A stretch of 64,000 nt of DNA from Candidatus Saccharimonadales bacterium (GCA_025451045.1 JANWLD010000001.1:197812-261811); one strand, 5' to 3'. Positions 9,341-20,266 are shown, counted from the first letter of the stretch. Program-made: numbers and translations. Notes: generated by a model not told the origin, from the sequence alone.

Positions 9341-11212
9341 ATGAGTAACAAGCCTTTCAGGATAAAAGGGAACGGACCGAAAAAACCCAACCGTCATTAT
9401 AAAAATGCCGGATTCGTGGCTTTATTACTTCTTTTCGGATTGATTATATATGCTTCAACCGCTCAGCCGAGCAGCCTGAAAGAAGTCGCGTATTCTGATG
9501 TCATAAACCGGGCGAACAAAGGGGAAATCAAGCAGATTGAGATATCCGGAAATGAACTTAAGATAACCAAAAAAGATGATGATAAAGCTAGTGAAAAATC
9601 ACTTAAGGAAGCTAGTTCAAGCATTTACGAACAAGGCTTGAACAAAGACGCGCCTGTTGTAATCGTCAACAAGCCGGAGTCCAATAGCAGTGCTTTCTGG
9701 CAACAACTAGGCCTGGCGTTACTTCCGATTTTCGTTATCGGGATATTGCTGTTTTATATGCTTAGAAGCGCCCAAGGGCAAGGCAATCAGGCACTCAGTT
9801 TTGGTAAAAGCCGGGCAAGGCTTTACGGCAATGAAAAGGATAAGGTAATTTTTAGCGACATTGCCGGTAGCATAGAAGCAAAAGAAGATTTACAGGAAGT
9901 GGTCGAGTTTTTAAAATTTCCTAAGAAGTTCGAACACGTTGGAGCGCGGATTCCCAAGGGGGTACTGTTAATCGGCCCGCCGGGTACCGGCAAGACGATG
10001 CTAGCCCGGGCAGTAGCCGGCGAAGCCAACGCGCCATTCTTTTCCATCAGCGGCTCGGAATTCGTCGAGATGTTCGTCGGTGTAGGCGCCAGCCGCGTCC
10101 GCGACCTTTTTGCCAAAGCCAAGAAAAACGCCCCGTGTATCATTTTCGTTGATGAAATTGATGCTGTCGGCCGCCGACGTGGTAGCGGCATGGGCGGCGG
10201 CCATGATGAGCGCGAACAGACCTTGAATCAGATATTGGTCGAAATGGACGGCTTTGAACAAGGCCAAAATGTGATAGTTCTAGCGGCGACTAACCGAGCC
10301 GACGTACTAGACCCGGCACTGCTTCGTCCCGGCCGATTTGACCGGAGGGTTAATATCAGTTTGCCCGATAGAAAAGATAGAAAAGCCATTCTTAAGAAAC
10401 ATTTTGACAAAAAGCCGCTTGAGAAAAATGTTGACCTTGATGCGCTGGCCGCAAAAACTGCTGGTACATCCGGTGCCGACTTGGCAAATATTACCAATGA
10501 AGCGGCAATTTTGGCAGCCCGTAAGAACCGCAAGACCATCAGTGAAGATATCGTTACCGAAGCTTTTGAAAAAGTAGCCATCGGCCCCGAGCGCAAGAGT
10601 AAAGTAATGAGCGATAAAGAAAAAGAATTGACTGCCTATCACGAAGCAGGCCATGCGGTAGTTGGACACGTTCTGCCGGATAGTGATCCAATCCATAAAG
10701 TTACAATTATCTCCCGTGGGCAAACCGGCGGGGTTACTTGGGCTATTCCTCCGGAAGACAAAAGCTATCACAGCATCATAGAGTTTAAAGACGTGTTAGC
10801 CCGTATGTTGGGGGGAAGAATTGCCGAAGAATTAGTATATGGCGAGGATAGGGTAACAACTGGCGCCGGATCGGATCTGCCAAAAGCGGCAGAACTGGCC
10901 CGCGAAATGGTAGTCAACCAGGGTATGGGCAAGAAACTTCGCAATCAGGTTTTTCATGTCGAGGAAGGTATGATGCTGGAGCGCATGGTGCATGAACGGC
11001 AGTATTCGGATGAAACAGCAAAAGTTATTGATGATGAAGTCGAAGACCTGATAAGCGAAGCGGCCATAAGGGCTCGTGAAGTAATTAAGGCCAATAAAGA
11101 CAAACTGGAAAAATTGAAAGACGTATTATTAGAAAAAGAAACAGTCGAAGCCGAAGAAGTAATTGAAATCCTTAAGGGCTCAGTGCTTCCAAAAACGGCT
11201 ATGCTCTACTGA
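9341..11212 (+). CDS. ftsH: ATP-dependent zinc metalloprotease FtsH
   Basis: two TM helices, [26 protein letters not shown]. Confidence 0.98.
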   Translation: MSNKPFRIKGNGPKKPNRHYKNAGFVALLLLFGLIIYASTAQPSSLKEVAYSDVINRANKGEIKQIEISGNELKITKKDDDKASEKSLKEASSSIYEQGLNKDAPVVIVNKPESNSSAFWQQLGLALLPIFVIGILLFYMLRSAQGQGNQALSFGKSRARLYGNEKDKVIFSDIAGSIEAKEDLQEVVEFLKFPKKFEHVGARIPKGVLLIGPPGTGKTMLARAVAGEANAPFFSISGSEFVEMFVGVGASRVRDLFAKAKKNAPCIIFVDEIDAVGRRRGSGMGGGHDEREQTLNQILVEMDGFEQGQNVIVLAATNRADVLDPALLRPGRFDRRVNISLPDRKDRKAILKKHFDKKPLEKNVDLDALAAKTAGTSGADLANITNEAAILAARKNRKTISEDIVTEAFEKVAIGPERKSKVMSDKEKELTAYHEAGHAVVGHVLPDSDPIHKVTIISRGQTGGVTWAIPPEDKSYHSIIEFKDVLARMLGGRIAEELVYGEDRVTTGAGSDLPKAAELAREMVVNQGMGKKLRNQVFHVEEGMMLERMVHERQYSDETAKVIDDEVEDLISEAAIRAREVIKANKDKLEKLKDVLLEKETVEAEEVIEILKGSVLPKTAMLY

Positions 11213-11213
11213 A

Positions 11214-11286
11214 ATGAGAAACCCATTCTGGGTTTCTCATCGCGCGGCGCGCAGCAATAAATGCTGACGCTCCGGCTGCTCTTCCC
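11214..11286 (+). repeat. two-hairpin structured repeat, copy 1 (3' of ftsH)
   Basis: aligns with reverse complement of 54319-54385 with compensatory stem changes. Confidence 0.75.
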
Positions 11287-11343
11287 AGTCTGTATGAATT
11301 TGGGTTAGAGTTTGTCCGCGACATTGAATATAATAAAGTGTAA

Positions 11344-12939
11344 ATGAGCAAAAATCGTTTTTTGACGCGTGCTAATAAACGCATATCGTTGAGCAGTGCA
11401 GCCACTTTATTGATAGTTACGACGCTAGCCGGCCAGATACTAGGCCTTTTCCGAACGAAATTGGTCAATGCCAACTTTCCACCCTATGGGCCGCAAAGCA
11501 CCGACGCTTACTTCGCTGCTTTCAAAATTCCGGATTTTTTCTATTTTACCTTAGCTGCCGGTGCGCTTGGCGTGGCCTTCATGCCGATTCTGGCCGACAA
11601 GCTGGCCAAAGGTGATAAAAAAGCGGTCTGGGAACTAAGCAACAGTTTACTTAACCTACTGGCAATGGTCATGATAGCCGTCGGGGTGATAATCCTTATC
11701 TTTGCCGAGCCGTTGATTCACTATGTGGTCGCTCCGAATATGACGCCGGAACAATTGCACAACGCCTCGACCATAATGCGGCTGATTGCTTTTAACCCTC
11801 TGTTCTTTACTATCTCGGCAATTTTTATGAGTGTTCAGCAGACTCTCGGCCGTTTCTTCTTCTATGCTTTCGCGCCGCTTTTGTACAACATCTCTATCAT
11901 AGCCAGTATATTCATATTCAGGGACAACCTTGGCTTAATCGGTTTGGGGATTGGCGCTTTGGTCGGTATAGTCCTGCAGGTATTGGTCGCGCTTTTAGGC
12001 TTTGTCGGTATGCGCTATCGTTACAACGCCAAAATAAAATGGCAGAACCCGGACTTTCGGTTGATACTGCGCCAATTGCCGCCGCGTTCAATCGATCAGG
12101 GAGTGGATTCACTGAACAGTATCGTAGAAACCAATTTTGCCCGGCGGCTAGGGGAAGGCAAGCTTAGCTTTTACGAAAACGCTAATGTTCTTCAGACCGC
12201 GCCGACGTTGCTTATTGGAACAACAATTTCCACCGCGGCTTTCCCGCGGCTTAATGACCGACTAGCCCAAGGCCGCAGCGATTTGTTCCGACGTGATTTC
12301 CTGCGGGTACTAAAGGTTATAGTTTGGATTATCATTCCGGTAGTAATCATATGTTATTTTGCCCGCGGCTACCTGGCTCGCTTGATTTTCAGCCGTAATG
12401 CTCCGGAAATAGCAGCTATTTTCGGTTTCTTTGCCGGCGCTATTTTATTTCGTACCATATATACGCTTATTTCCAGATGGTTCTATTCGCAGAAAGATAC
12501 AAAAACGCCGCTGTTTGTTTCACTTTTCGCGATAGTCTTAAACGTCTTTTTGGCTTACAAGCTATCACGGCCATCGGCTTATGACGTTTCCGGCTTGGCA
12601 TTAGCTCAATCCATAGTGGCGGCAGTCGAAGTAGCGATACTTTCATTTATAATGGTTATTCGCGATCACAAGCTCATCGATGCTTATTTCTGGAACGGGA
12701 TTTTCAGGATAATGGCGGCTACCGGTTTTACTATCGTCGCTGCTTATACCATGTTACAGATTTTCCCCCTTGAAGCATCCGATAAAGGATTTATCCAGCT
12801 GGGTACGAAACTGGTGGCCATATCGTTTGTTACTATGCTGGTTCATTTTCTCGCGTCACTCTTGTTCGGGGTTGAAGAGGCCAAGGTATTTATCGGCCGG
12901 GTTAAGCAAACTGTTATGTCTCCCATCCGCATCCAATAG
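11344..12939 (+). CDS. murJ: lipid II flippase MurJ
   Basis: LG..R, DAYFAAFKIP, RxFYS.KDTKTP; many TM helices. Confidence 0.93.
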   Translation: MSKNRFLTRANKRISLSSAATLLIVTTLAGQILGLFRTKLVNANFPPYGPQSTDAYFAAFKIPDFFYFTLAAGALGVAFMPILADKLAKGDKKAVWELSNSLLNLLAMVMIAVGVIILIFAEPLIHYVVAPNMTPEQLHNASTIMRLIAFNPLFFTISAIFMSVQQTLGRFFFYAFAPLLYNISIIASIFIFRDNLGLIGLGIGALVGIVLQVLVALLGFVGMRYRYNAKIKWQNPDFRLILRQLPPRSIDQGVDSLNSIVETNFARRLGEGKLSFYENANVLQTAPTLLIGTTISTAAFPRLNDRLAQGRSDLFRRDFLRVLKVIVWIIIPVVIICYFARGYLARLIFSRNAPEIAAIFGFFAGAILFRTIYTLISRWFYSQKDTKTPLFVSLFAIVLNVFLAYKLSRPSAYDVSGLALAQSIVAAVEVAILSFIMVIRDHKLIDAYFWNGIFRIMAATGFTIVAAYTMLQIFPLEASDKGFIQLGTKLVAISFVTMLVHFLASLLFGVEEAKVFIGRVKQTVMSPIRIQ

Positions 12940-12942
12940 ATT

Positions 12943-14727
12943 ATGAACCAGGAAAAAATTCGCAACTTCTGCATAATCGCGCATATTGACCACGGGAAAT
13001 CCACTTTGGCAGATAGATTGCTTGAATTGACTGGTACGGTCAATAAGCGTGATATGAAAGAACAGCTGTTGGACAAGATGGAGCTAGAGCGGGAAAAGGG
13101 AATTACCATCAAACTAGCGCCGGTCCGGATGGACTATAAAGGCTTTCAGCTTAATCTTATTGATACGCCGGGCCATGTCGACTTCAGCTATGAAGTTTCG
13201 CGCAGCCTGCAAGCCTGCGAAGGAGCAATACTGGTCGTTGATGCCAGCCAAGGCGTCCAAGCTCAGACCTTAGCTAATTTGTACTTGGCAATAGAAGCGA
13301 ACTTAAAAATTATACCGGTGCTAAATAAAATCGATTTGCCGGCGGCGGATGTCGAGAAAGTTAGCAATGAGATTATCAGCTTAACAGGCTGTTCTAAAAA
13401 TGACATCTTGCTTGTTTCAGCAAAAACCGGCGAGGGCGTGGAACAGATTTTAGAAAAACTAATTGCAGAAATTCCTCAGCCAAAGGGTAAAGAGAGCAAG
13501 CCCGCCCGAGCTCTTATCTTCGACAGTTATTATGATGATTACCGCGGTGTAATTCTTTATTTAAGGATTGTGGACGGGAGTATTGCTAAAAACGCTGAGA
13601 TAAAAATGCTAGCAACCAATGCACGCGGCATAGCGCTGGAAGCCGGCTCGCTAAGTCCGGTTATGAAGCCATCAAGCAAACTGGAAACCGGCGAAATCGG
13701 CTACGTGGTTACCAACTTGAAAAGTACCAAAGAAGCAAAAGTCGGCGACACCGTCACTTTAGCCTCTGAGAATGGCGGCATAGAGGCCTTGCCCGGTTAT
13801 AAAGAAGTATTACCCTTTGTCTACGCCGGCTTTTTCACCGAATCCAACGAAGGCTACCAAGACCTAAAGGACGCGATTGAAAAATTAAGCCTAAGCGATT
13901 CGGCGCTTCAGTATGAGCTTGAAAATTCGCCGGTGCTTGGCTTTGGCGTACGGATCGGCTTTCTCGGCTTACTTCATATGGATATAGTGCGCGAGCGTTT
14001 GGAACGCGAATATAATCTTGATTTAATCGTTACCAATCCAAGCACTGATTATCATGTAGTTTTAAATAATGGCGCCAATATTGATATCAAAAGTGCTGCT
14101 GATTTGCCTGACCCGGCGAATATCCGCGAAATTGCCGAGCCGTGGATAAAAGGCGAAATAGTCGTGCCAAAAGATTTCGTCGGCGGGGTAATTCAGCTTA
14201 TTTCAGCTAAGAGAGGAATTCATAAGAATGTCAGTTATGTTGACGAGCAGTTGGCGCTGATAAGTTTTGATGCGCCGCTGGCAAACCTTTTGACCGATTT
14301 TTATGACCAGCTTAAAAGCCTGACTAGCGGCTACGGCAGTTTTAATTATGAACTTGCAAATTACCGCCCGGAGGATTTGGTACGGGTAGATTTTTATGTG
14401 GCCGGGGAGATTGTCGCGGCATTATCGGTTATGGCTCACAAATCGGAGGCGGAATCATTAGGCCGAATGGTAGTGGAGAAGTTGAAGGAAGTCATACCGC
14501 GGCAGAACTTTCAGGTACCTCTGCAGGCTGCTATCGGCGGGCGGTTTATCGCTCGTGAGGACATCAAAGCTTACCGCAAAGACGTAACCGCCAAACTCTA
14601 TGGCGGCGATGTGTCCCGGCGCAAAAAACTTTTGGCCAAACAAAAGAAAGGCAAAGCCCGCGCCAAGAGATTCGGCAATGTAGATATTCCAGCCGAAGCT
14701 TTCACTGTGCTCTTGAAACGTGATTAA
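12943..14727 (+). CDS. lepA: elongation factor 4 (LepA)
   Basis: IRNFCIIAHIDHGKSTLADR, DTPGHVDF, KLYGGD C-terminal domain. Confidence 0.98.
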   Translation: MNQEKIRNFCIIAHIDHGKSTLADRLLELTGTVNKRDMKEQLLDKMELEREKGITIKLAPVRMDYKGFQLNLIDTPGHVDFSYEVSRSLQACEGAILVVDASQGVQAQTLANLYLAIEANLKIIPVLNKIDLPAADVEKVSNEIISLTGCSKNDILLVSAKTGEGVEQILEKLIAEIPQPKGKESKPARALIFDSYYDDYRGVILYLRIVDGSIAKNAEIKMLATNARGIALEAGSLSPVMKPSSKLETGEIGYVVTNLKSTKEAKVGDTVTLASENGGIEALPGYKEVLPFVYAGFFTESNEGYQDLKDAIEKLSLSDSALQYELENSPVLGFGVRIGFLGLLHMDIVRERLEREYNLDLIVTNPSTDYHVVLNNGANIDIKSAADLPDPANIREIAEPWIKGEIVVPKDFVGGVIQLISAKRGIHKNVSYVDEQLALISFDAPLANLLTDFYDQLKSLTSGYGSFNYELANYRPEDLVRVDFYVAGEIVAALSVMAHKSEAESLGRMVVEKLKEVIPRQNFQVPLQAAIGGRFIAREDIKAYRKDVTAKLYGGDVSRRKKLLAKQKKGKARAKRFGNVDIPAEAFTVLLKRD

Positions 14728-14754
14728 AGGGGTAAAGTATCGTATTATCTAGGT

Positions 14755-15030
14755 ATGGCAATTAAAGAACTTACAAAAGAACAAATAGAAAACATAAATA
14801 AACAAGAAGAAAAAATCTTGACATTGCTCAAATCAGAGCAAAAACGGGCTAAAGAAAAATTTCCGCTGACATATGCTTTGCTTGCTACCTTCGGGGTTGC
14901 TTGCGTGTTCGCCGGCCTCAATAGAATAATTGCCAAGATTGATTTTTTAGATACCCACCCAATAACTCTTGTGGCATTGGGCTTAGTTATACTACTATTC
15001 ACCGGCGCGGCATATAAGAAGCTTGGCTGA
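14755..15030 (+). CDS. hypothetical small membrane protein
   Basis: two TM helices; stop overlaps gmk start (TGATG). Confidence 0.75.
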   Translation: MAIKELTKEQIENINKQEEKILTLLKSEQKRAKEKFPLTYALLATFGVACVFAGLNRIIAKIDFLDTHPITLVALGLVILLFTGAAYKKLG

Positions 15031-15737
15031 TGCAAAACGAACTTCTTGAAGCAATAAAAAACTACAAAATGCCCCATGAGGCAATCGAACTTTTGGACAA
15101 AGCAAAAGTAGTTTTTCTGGTCGGCGTTTCCGGTGCGGGCAAGAACACGATTTTAAGAGAATTATTAAAAACCGGTAAATATAAGCTGGTAATCTCGCAC
15201 ACCACCCGCAAACCGCGCAAAAATCATGGCGTCATGGAGCGTCATGGACAGGCCTATCATTTTATTGACGAAAATGAAGCCGTGAAGATGCTGGAAAACG
15301 GACAATTCATCGAAGCTAAGCAATACAGCGGGAATATTTATGGTACCAGCATAAAAGAAGTCGAAAATGCTTATAGAAGAGGTAAGATTGCAATATCGGA
15401 TATTGAAGTACAAGGCGTAGCGGAATATATGGGAGCTTCGGCAAATGTTACGCCTATATTTATCCTGCCGCCGGATTTCAATACGTGGAAACAGAGACTT
15501 AAAGATCGCTTCAGGGGCTTGAACCGCGACTGGCAGGAGATGCAAAAACGTTTGGATACCGCCAAAAAAGAATTGCATGAAGCCCTTTCCAAGGATTATT
15601 TCGAATTTGTGATTAATGACGATTTGGCTGCCACGGTAAAAATAGTAGATAAAGTTGCCCATGGCCACTTATCTATGGAAAAGAATGACCAGGCTCGGCA
15701 AGTTGCCCAAGATTTGCTTACTAAGCTAAGCGCTTAA
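15030..15737 (+). CDS. gmk: guanylate kinase
   Basis: GVSGAGK P-loop, SHTTRKPR..E..G..YHF, YGT, D..VQG. Confidence 0.88.
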   Translation: MQNELLEAIKNYKMPHEAIELLDKAKVVFLVGVSGAGKNTILRELLKTGKYKLVISHTTRKPRKNHGVMERHGQAYHFIDENEAVKMLENGQFIEAKQYSGNIYGTSIKEVENAYRRGKIAISDIEVQGVAEYMGASANVTPIFILPPDFNTWKQRLKDRFRGLNRDWQEMQKRLDTAKKELHEALSKDYFEFVINDDLAATVKIVDKVAHGHLSMEKNDQARQVAQDLLTKLSA

Positions 15738-15776
15738 CCTTGCAAAAACAATAGCCAATGCAATAATTAATAAATT

Positions 15777-16244
15777 ATGGGAAATCCACATCATTTTGAA
15801 CCGGCTGGCAGTATCCTCTATGACAAGGCCCAGGAATTAGGGCACGAATTCTTATTAGGACGGATCGGAAGGCTTACTTATGATTTGCCCCAGCGTTCAC
15901 TGCCCGGTCAATCACATAACGCCTTAGCTTCAGTCATTGCTTCGGAAGCTTCACTTGATATAAAACTGGAAAAAGCCTGGGAGGGTCCTGATCCATTACA
16001 TGGGGCCGGAACTACACAGGTTACAGAAGTTCGTATAGGCCGTGACCCGAAAAACCCTAGAAATATTAAAGAAATTGATGCTGCAAGGTATTATTTTAGC
16101 AATTCGCATAAATCAGCAAATGTAGCAGCCTTTAGTTTGAAAAGAGTCGCAGGAGAAGCTAATCAAATTAGTCAGAGCGGGAACATGGGGCTTTGGGTAG
16201 TCACGCGCTGCATCGGCAAAGCGGTACGAATTTCCTCACGCTGA
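15777..16244 (+). CDS. hypothetical protein
   Basis: ORF fills the gap between gmk and the hrcA CIRCE. Confidence 0.6.
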   Translation: MGNPHHFEPAGSILYDKAQELGHEFLLGRIGRLTYDLPQRSLPGQSHNALASVIASEASLDIKLEKAWEGPDPLHGAGTTQVTEVRIGRDPKNPRNIKEIDAARYYFSNSHKSANVAAFSLKRVAGEANQISQSGNMGLWVVTRCIGKAVRISSR

Positions 16245-16246
16245 AG

Positions 16247-16284
16247 TTGGCACTCTTGATTATTGAGTGCTAATTTTATATAAT
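16247..16284 (+). promoter_or_regulatory. CIRCE operator with overlapping sigma70 promoter for hrcA
   Basis: TTGGCACTC-N9-GAGTGCTAA (16247-16273); TTGATT-17-TATAAT with the -35 inside the CIRCE spacer. Confidence 0.92.
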
Positions 16285-16294
16285 CCAAGGTATT

Positions 16295-16990
16295 ATGTCG
16301 CCTCGTCAGGAGCAAATACTTAGAGCTATTGTCGAACAATATGCCGAAGTTGCCAGCCCGGTTGGCAGTAGCCTGCTGGCTAAAGTTTTTAATGTTTCAA
16401 GCGCAACAATCCGTTCCGAGATGGCCGAACTTGAAAAACTCGGTTTTATCTCGCAGCCTCATACCAGTGCCGGCCGTATTCCAACGGACAAGGGCTATAG
16501 GTATTATGTGAATAATGTTTCTGATTCACCAAACAAGGAAGAGTCCCGTGCAGAGAAAGCCCTTACTTCAAGGGTAAACCACGCTGGCTTGCCAGAACAG
16601 ACTATCCGAAATGCTGTAGATACTTTGGTGGAACTCACTCACAATCTTGGCTTGGCTACCATCGGCGACCAGCTTTATATGAGCGGGTTGTCCAACCTTT
16701 TTGGCCAGCCAGAATTCATGCATCCCGGCCAGGTTCAGGAAGTTGCACGACTCTTGGATAATCTAGAACCATGGCTTCAGGAAGCCGCACCAAATAAGCC
16801 CCTCAGCGTATTTATTGGCCAAGAAAACCCAATAGGCCGCGGTGCCGGCTGCAGCCTGATAATATCGAAATTCCGTAGTCCATACAGCGATAGAAGCTAC
16901 GTTGGCGTACTTGGTCCAACTAGGCAAAGTTACCGCAACGTAATGGGCTTGGTGCAACACGCCGGCAAATCCCTTGAGGAGATACTATAG
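16295..16990 (+). CDS. hrcA: heat-inducible transcription repressor HrcA (short form)
   Basis: RQ..IL.AIVE.Y, PVGS, SSATIR.EM..LE..G...QPHTSAGRIPT.KGYR, GVLGPTR. Confidence 0.95.
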   Translation: MSPRQEQILRAIVEQYAEVASPVGSSLLAKVFNVSSATIRSEMAELEKLGFISQPHTSAGRIPTDKGYRYYVNNVSDSPNKEESRAEKALTSRVNHAGLPEQTIRNAVDTLVELTHNLGLATIGDQLYMSGLSNLFGQPEFMHPGQVQEVARLLDNLEPWLQEAAPNKPLSVFIGQENPIGRGAGCSLIISKFRSPYSDRSYVGVLGPTRQSYRNVMGLVQHAGKSLEEIL

Positions 16991-16991
16991 A

Positions 16992-17339
16992 ATGAGTACC
17001 CCAGAAGTTTTATCAAGCCGTGAAAAACGTGACCAGAAAAATCGAGAACGTGTCTATCTAGCATTGCCTCATCTGGAAAAATTGGTAGAGCTTTGGGCTG
17101 ATCACCTTGAGTTTTGGGATAGGAGCGGAGGTTTGGATAATGCTACTCAGGAAGAACTTGACCAAGCACGGGATAGCATTAAAGCCAAAGCCGAAAAAAT
17201 ATTAGAAGAACATTACCCCGGCGATATATCTATAGTAGAGGCTCATGTTAATCTTGCTCTTCACACCGCAATTGGTATGAGAAAAGAAGCCGCATTAGTA
17301 AGCCTGGGAGATTTTGATGGCCAAAAAGCCGACAGTTAA
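16992..17339 (+). CDS. hypothetical protein inside heat-shock operon
   Basis: ATG 1 nt after hrcA stop; end overlaps grpE start. Confidence 0.6.
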   Translation: MSTPEVLSSREKRDQKNRERVYLALPHLEKLVELWADHLEFWDRSGGLDNATQEELDQARDSIKAKAEKILEEHYPGDISIVEAHVNLALHTAIGMRKEAALVSLGDFDGQKADS

Positions 17340-17772
17340 AGAATTAGAGCAAAAAATCGGCGAGTTGACCGAAGCTCTGCAGCGTGAGCGTGCCGATGCC
17401 ATCAATATTCGCCGTCGGCACGATGAACAGATAAATCATCTAAGAGATATAGTAAAATCCGGAGTTGTTAAAGACTTGCTGCCTGTAATAGACAACTTTG
17501 AGCGGGCACTTTCGCATGTACCAAAAGATTTGGAAAACAATGATTACGTAAAAGGTGTCCAGGTTATAGTCAAACAGTTTGAGAAAACTCTGGAAGGCAT
17601 AGGTGTTAAGAGGATAAAAACCGTTGGGGAAGTTTTCGACCCACATTTACACGAAGCTGTGAGCGTGGAAGGCGAAGGCGCAGAAGAAATTATCAGCGAA
17701 GAACTTCAAGCTGGCTACACCCTAGGCGACGAAGTTATCCGCCACGCCATCGTAAAAGTAAAGAGTAATTAG
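17317..17772 (+). CDS. grpE: nucleotide exchange factor GrpE
   Basis: LLPVIDNFERA, FDPHLHEAV, GY.L...VIR.A.V.V. Confidence 0.95.
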   Translation: MAKKPTVKELEQKIGELTEALQRERADAINIRRRHDEQINHLRDIVKSGVVKDLLPVIDNFERALSHVPKDLENNDYVKGVQVIVKQFEKTLEGIGVKRIKTVGEVFDPHLHEAVSVEGEGAEEIISEELQAGYTLGDEVIRHAIVKVKSN

Positions 17773-17782
17773 CACTCTTGAC

Positions 17783-17950
17783 GGCGTGTCAAAATCCTAA
17801 GTATCTTTCATTGCCTGAACTTCTTCATCACGCCAGATTTACTTACTTTTTGCTCCAGTCCAGCTTACCGTATCTAAGGATACGATTCGCTCAGGGCTTC
17901 GCAAAGAAGCAAGTCCTCTGGCTATTCAAAAGCTCAATCAACGAAACATG
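17783..17950. repeat. long imperfect palindrome flanked by 14-bp direct repeat TTAGCACTCTTGAC
   Basis: nested stems centred on CGTATC-TAAG-GATACG; repeats at 17769-17782 and 17951-17964. Confidence 0.65.
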
Positions 17951-17988
17951 TTAGCACTCTTGACACGAGAGTGCTAATTTTTTATACT
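17951..17988 (+). promoter_or_regulatory. perfect CIRCE operator with overlapping sigma70 promoter for dnaK
   Basis: TTAGCACTC-N9-GAGTGCTAA (17951-17977); TTGACA-17-TATACT. Confidence 0.95.
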
Positions 17989-18030
17989 GGCACTATATAG
18001 GTATGACTGCTAATTAAGAAAGGGTAATTA

Positions 18031-19947
18031 ATGGGTAAAATAATTGGAATTGATTTAGGTACAACTAACAGCGCGATGGCTGTGATGCAGGGCGGTAAAC
18101 CTGATATTATCGCAAATTCTGAAGGAAATCGCACTACGCCAAGCGTCGTTGCTATCAACAAGAACGGCGAACGGCTGGTCGGACAAGTAGCTAACAGACA
18201 GCGGGTTACCAACGCTACCAATACTATTTTTGGCGTTAAACGGCTTATCGGCCGTAAATTTTCCGATAAAGAAGTCCAAAAAGACATCGAGCTGATGCCA
18301 TATAAAATTGTCAAAAGTGGTACAGGTGTCAAAGTCACTATGGGCGACAAAGACCAAAGCCCGGAAGAAGTTTCCGCGATGATATTGTCCAAGCTAAAAG
18401 CCGATGCCGAAGCCTTTCTTGGCGAACCGGTAACCGAGGCGGTAATAACTGTTCCGGCTTATTTTGATGATTCCCAGCGGCAAGCTACCAAAGACGCCGG
18501 AAAAATTGCAGGGCTTGAAGTAAAAAGAATTATCAACGAGCCAACCGCGGCTGCGCTGGCTTACGGGCTGGACAAGGGCAAAGAAGAAAAGATCGCAGTA
18601 TTTGACCTCGGTGGCGGTACGTTCGATGTTTCTATCCTGCAGCTTGGCGAAGGAGTATTTGAAGTACTTTCCACTAACGGTGATACGCACTTGGGGGGTG
18701 AGGACTTCGACCTCCGAATTGTTAACCACTTTGTCGATGAATTTAAAAAAGAATCCGGAATTGACGTTAAAGAAGACAAGGCTGCCATGCAGCGGCTTAA
18801 GGAAGAGGCTGAAAAGGCCAAGAAAGAGCTTTCTACTACTGAAGTGGCTGATATAAACCTGCCATTCCTAACGGCCAATGCAAACGGGCCAAAACACTTT
18901 GAATACAAGCTAACGCGTGCAAAACTGATGGATTTGGTCGGCGAGCTGATTGATAAGACAGCCGCTCCTTGTGAGAAGGCTATAAAGGACGCCAAGTTAA
19001 AAGCGTCTGACATTAATGAAGTTATCTTAGTTGGCGGTATGACTAGAATGCCAGCTGTTATAGATAAGGTTAAGAGTATTTTCGGTAAAGAGCCGAAGCA
19101 AGGCGTGAACCCGGACGAAGTTGTTGCTGTAGGCGCGGCTATTCAGGGCGGCGTGTTGCAGGGTGATGTAAAAGACGTACTGCTTTTGGACGTTACGCCA
19201 TTATCTCTGGGCATTGAAACGCTCGGCGGTGTTGCCACTAAGCTGATTGAACGAAACACTACCATCCCTACCAGCAAAAACGAAGTATTTTCGACCGCTG
19301 CCGACAACCAGCCGCAGGTTGAGATCCATGTCGTACAGGGCGAGCGCGAAATGGTTGCCGATAACAAATCCCTCGGACGATTCGTATTAGATGGAATTCC
19401 GCCATCACCGCGCGGTGTGCCGCAGATTGAAGTTACTTTTAACCTTGACGCTAATGGAATCTTGAATGTTACTGCCAAGGACAAAGGCTCCGGCAAAGAA
19501 CAAAGCATTACTATCTCCGGCAGCGGCAATCTGAACAAAGACGAAGTTGAAAAGGCTGCTAAAGAAGCAGAAGCCCATGCTGATGAAGATAAGAAGAAGC
19601 GGGAATCGGTAGAACTACGAAACCAGTTGGAGAACGCGGTTTATCAAGCCGAGAAACTGAAAACCGAGCAAAAGGACAAACTCGCTGATGAAGATATGAA
19701 AACTATTAATGAAGCAGTTGATGCGGCCAAAAAAGTACTGAAGGACGAAAAAGCTGACTTTACCGCGCTGGAAAACGCGGCCAAAGAACTTAACGAGAAA
19801 ATCATGCCTATCGGCGCGAAAATGTACGAAGATGCTAGTAAAGAGAGCGAAGCCTCAACGGAAACCGATAAAAAATCAGAAGACAAAAAAGACAAGGACG
19901 AGCCGGTAGAAGGCGAAGTCGTCGACGACAAGGATAAAGGAAAATAG
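18031..19947 (+). CDS. dnaK: chaperone DnaK (Hsp70)
   Basis: [30 protein letters not shown]. Confidence 0.99.
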   Translation: MGKIIGIDLGTTNSAMAVMQGGKPDIIANSEGNRTTPSVVAINKNGERLVGQVANRQRVTNATNTIFGVKRLIGRKFSDKEVQKDIELMPYKIVKSGTGVKVTMGDKDQSPEEVSAMILSKLKADAEAFLGEPVTEAVITVPAYFDDSQRQATKDAGKIAGLEVKRIINEPTAAALAYGLDKGKEEKIAVFDLGGGTFDVSILQLGEGVFEVLSTNGDTHLGGEDFDLRIVNHFVDEFKKESGIDVKEDKAAMQRLKEEAEKAKKELSTTEVADINLPFLTANANGPKHFEYKLTRAKLMDLVGELIDKTAAPCEKAIKDAKLKASDINEVILVGGMTRMPAVIDKVKSIFGKEPKQGVNPDEVVAVGAAIQGGVLQGDVKDVLLLDVTPLSLGIETLGGVATKLIERNTTIPTSKNEVFSTAADNQPQVEIHVVQGEREMVADNKSLGRFVLDGIPPSPRGVPQIEVTFNLDANGILNVTAKDKGSGKEQSITISGSGNLNKDEVEKAAKEAEAHADEDKKKRESVELRNQLENAVYQAEKLKTEQKDKLADEDMKTINEAVDAAKKVLKDEKADFTALENAAKELNEKIMPIGAKMYEDASKESEASTETDKKSEDKKDKDEPVEGEVVDDKDKGK

Positions 19948-19949
19948 AT

Positions 19950-20174
19950 ATGATTGAAGCCAAGCACGGCAGTGATACTCCCTTGAGCGAAACAGCAGCA
20001 TGGCAGATAGCAAACGACCCATACGTCAGACATATCGTGCAGCTAACCATCGGTGGCAAGTTCTCGGAACCAGCCGCTGTCGCATCCCTTCAGGAAGAAT
20101 TGTTTGAGCGTATGGGAGAGCTGGTTACGGGCGAAGAAATGTATGACGCCCATTGGGCCCCGTCCAGAGATTAG
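19950..20174 (+). CDS. hypothetical protein (possibly frameshifted)
   Basis: ATG 2 nt after dnaK stop. Confidence 0.5.
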   Translation: MIEAKHGSDTPLSETAAWQIANDPYVRHIVQLTIGGKFSEPAAVASLQEELFERMGELVTGEEMYDAHWAPSRD

Positions 20175-20266
20175 GCAACTGATAGAATATGAGGTAGTGG
20201 CGAAGTCGTTGACGACACTAAATAACAAGCCATAACTTTTAAGCTAAACAGTGCTAGGATAGATTG

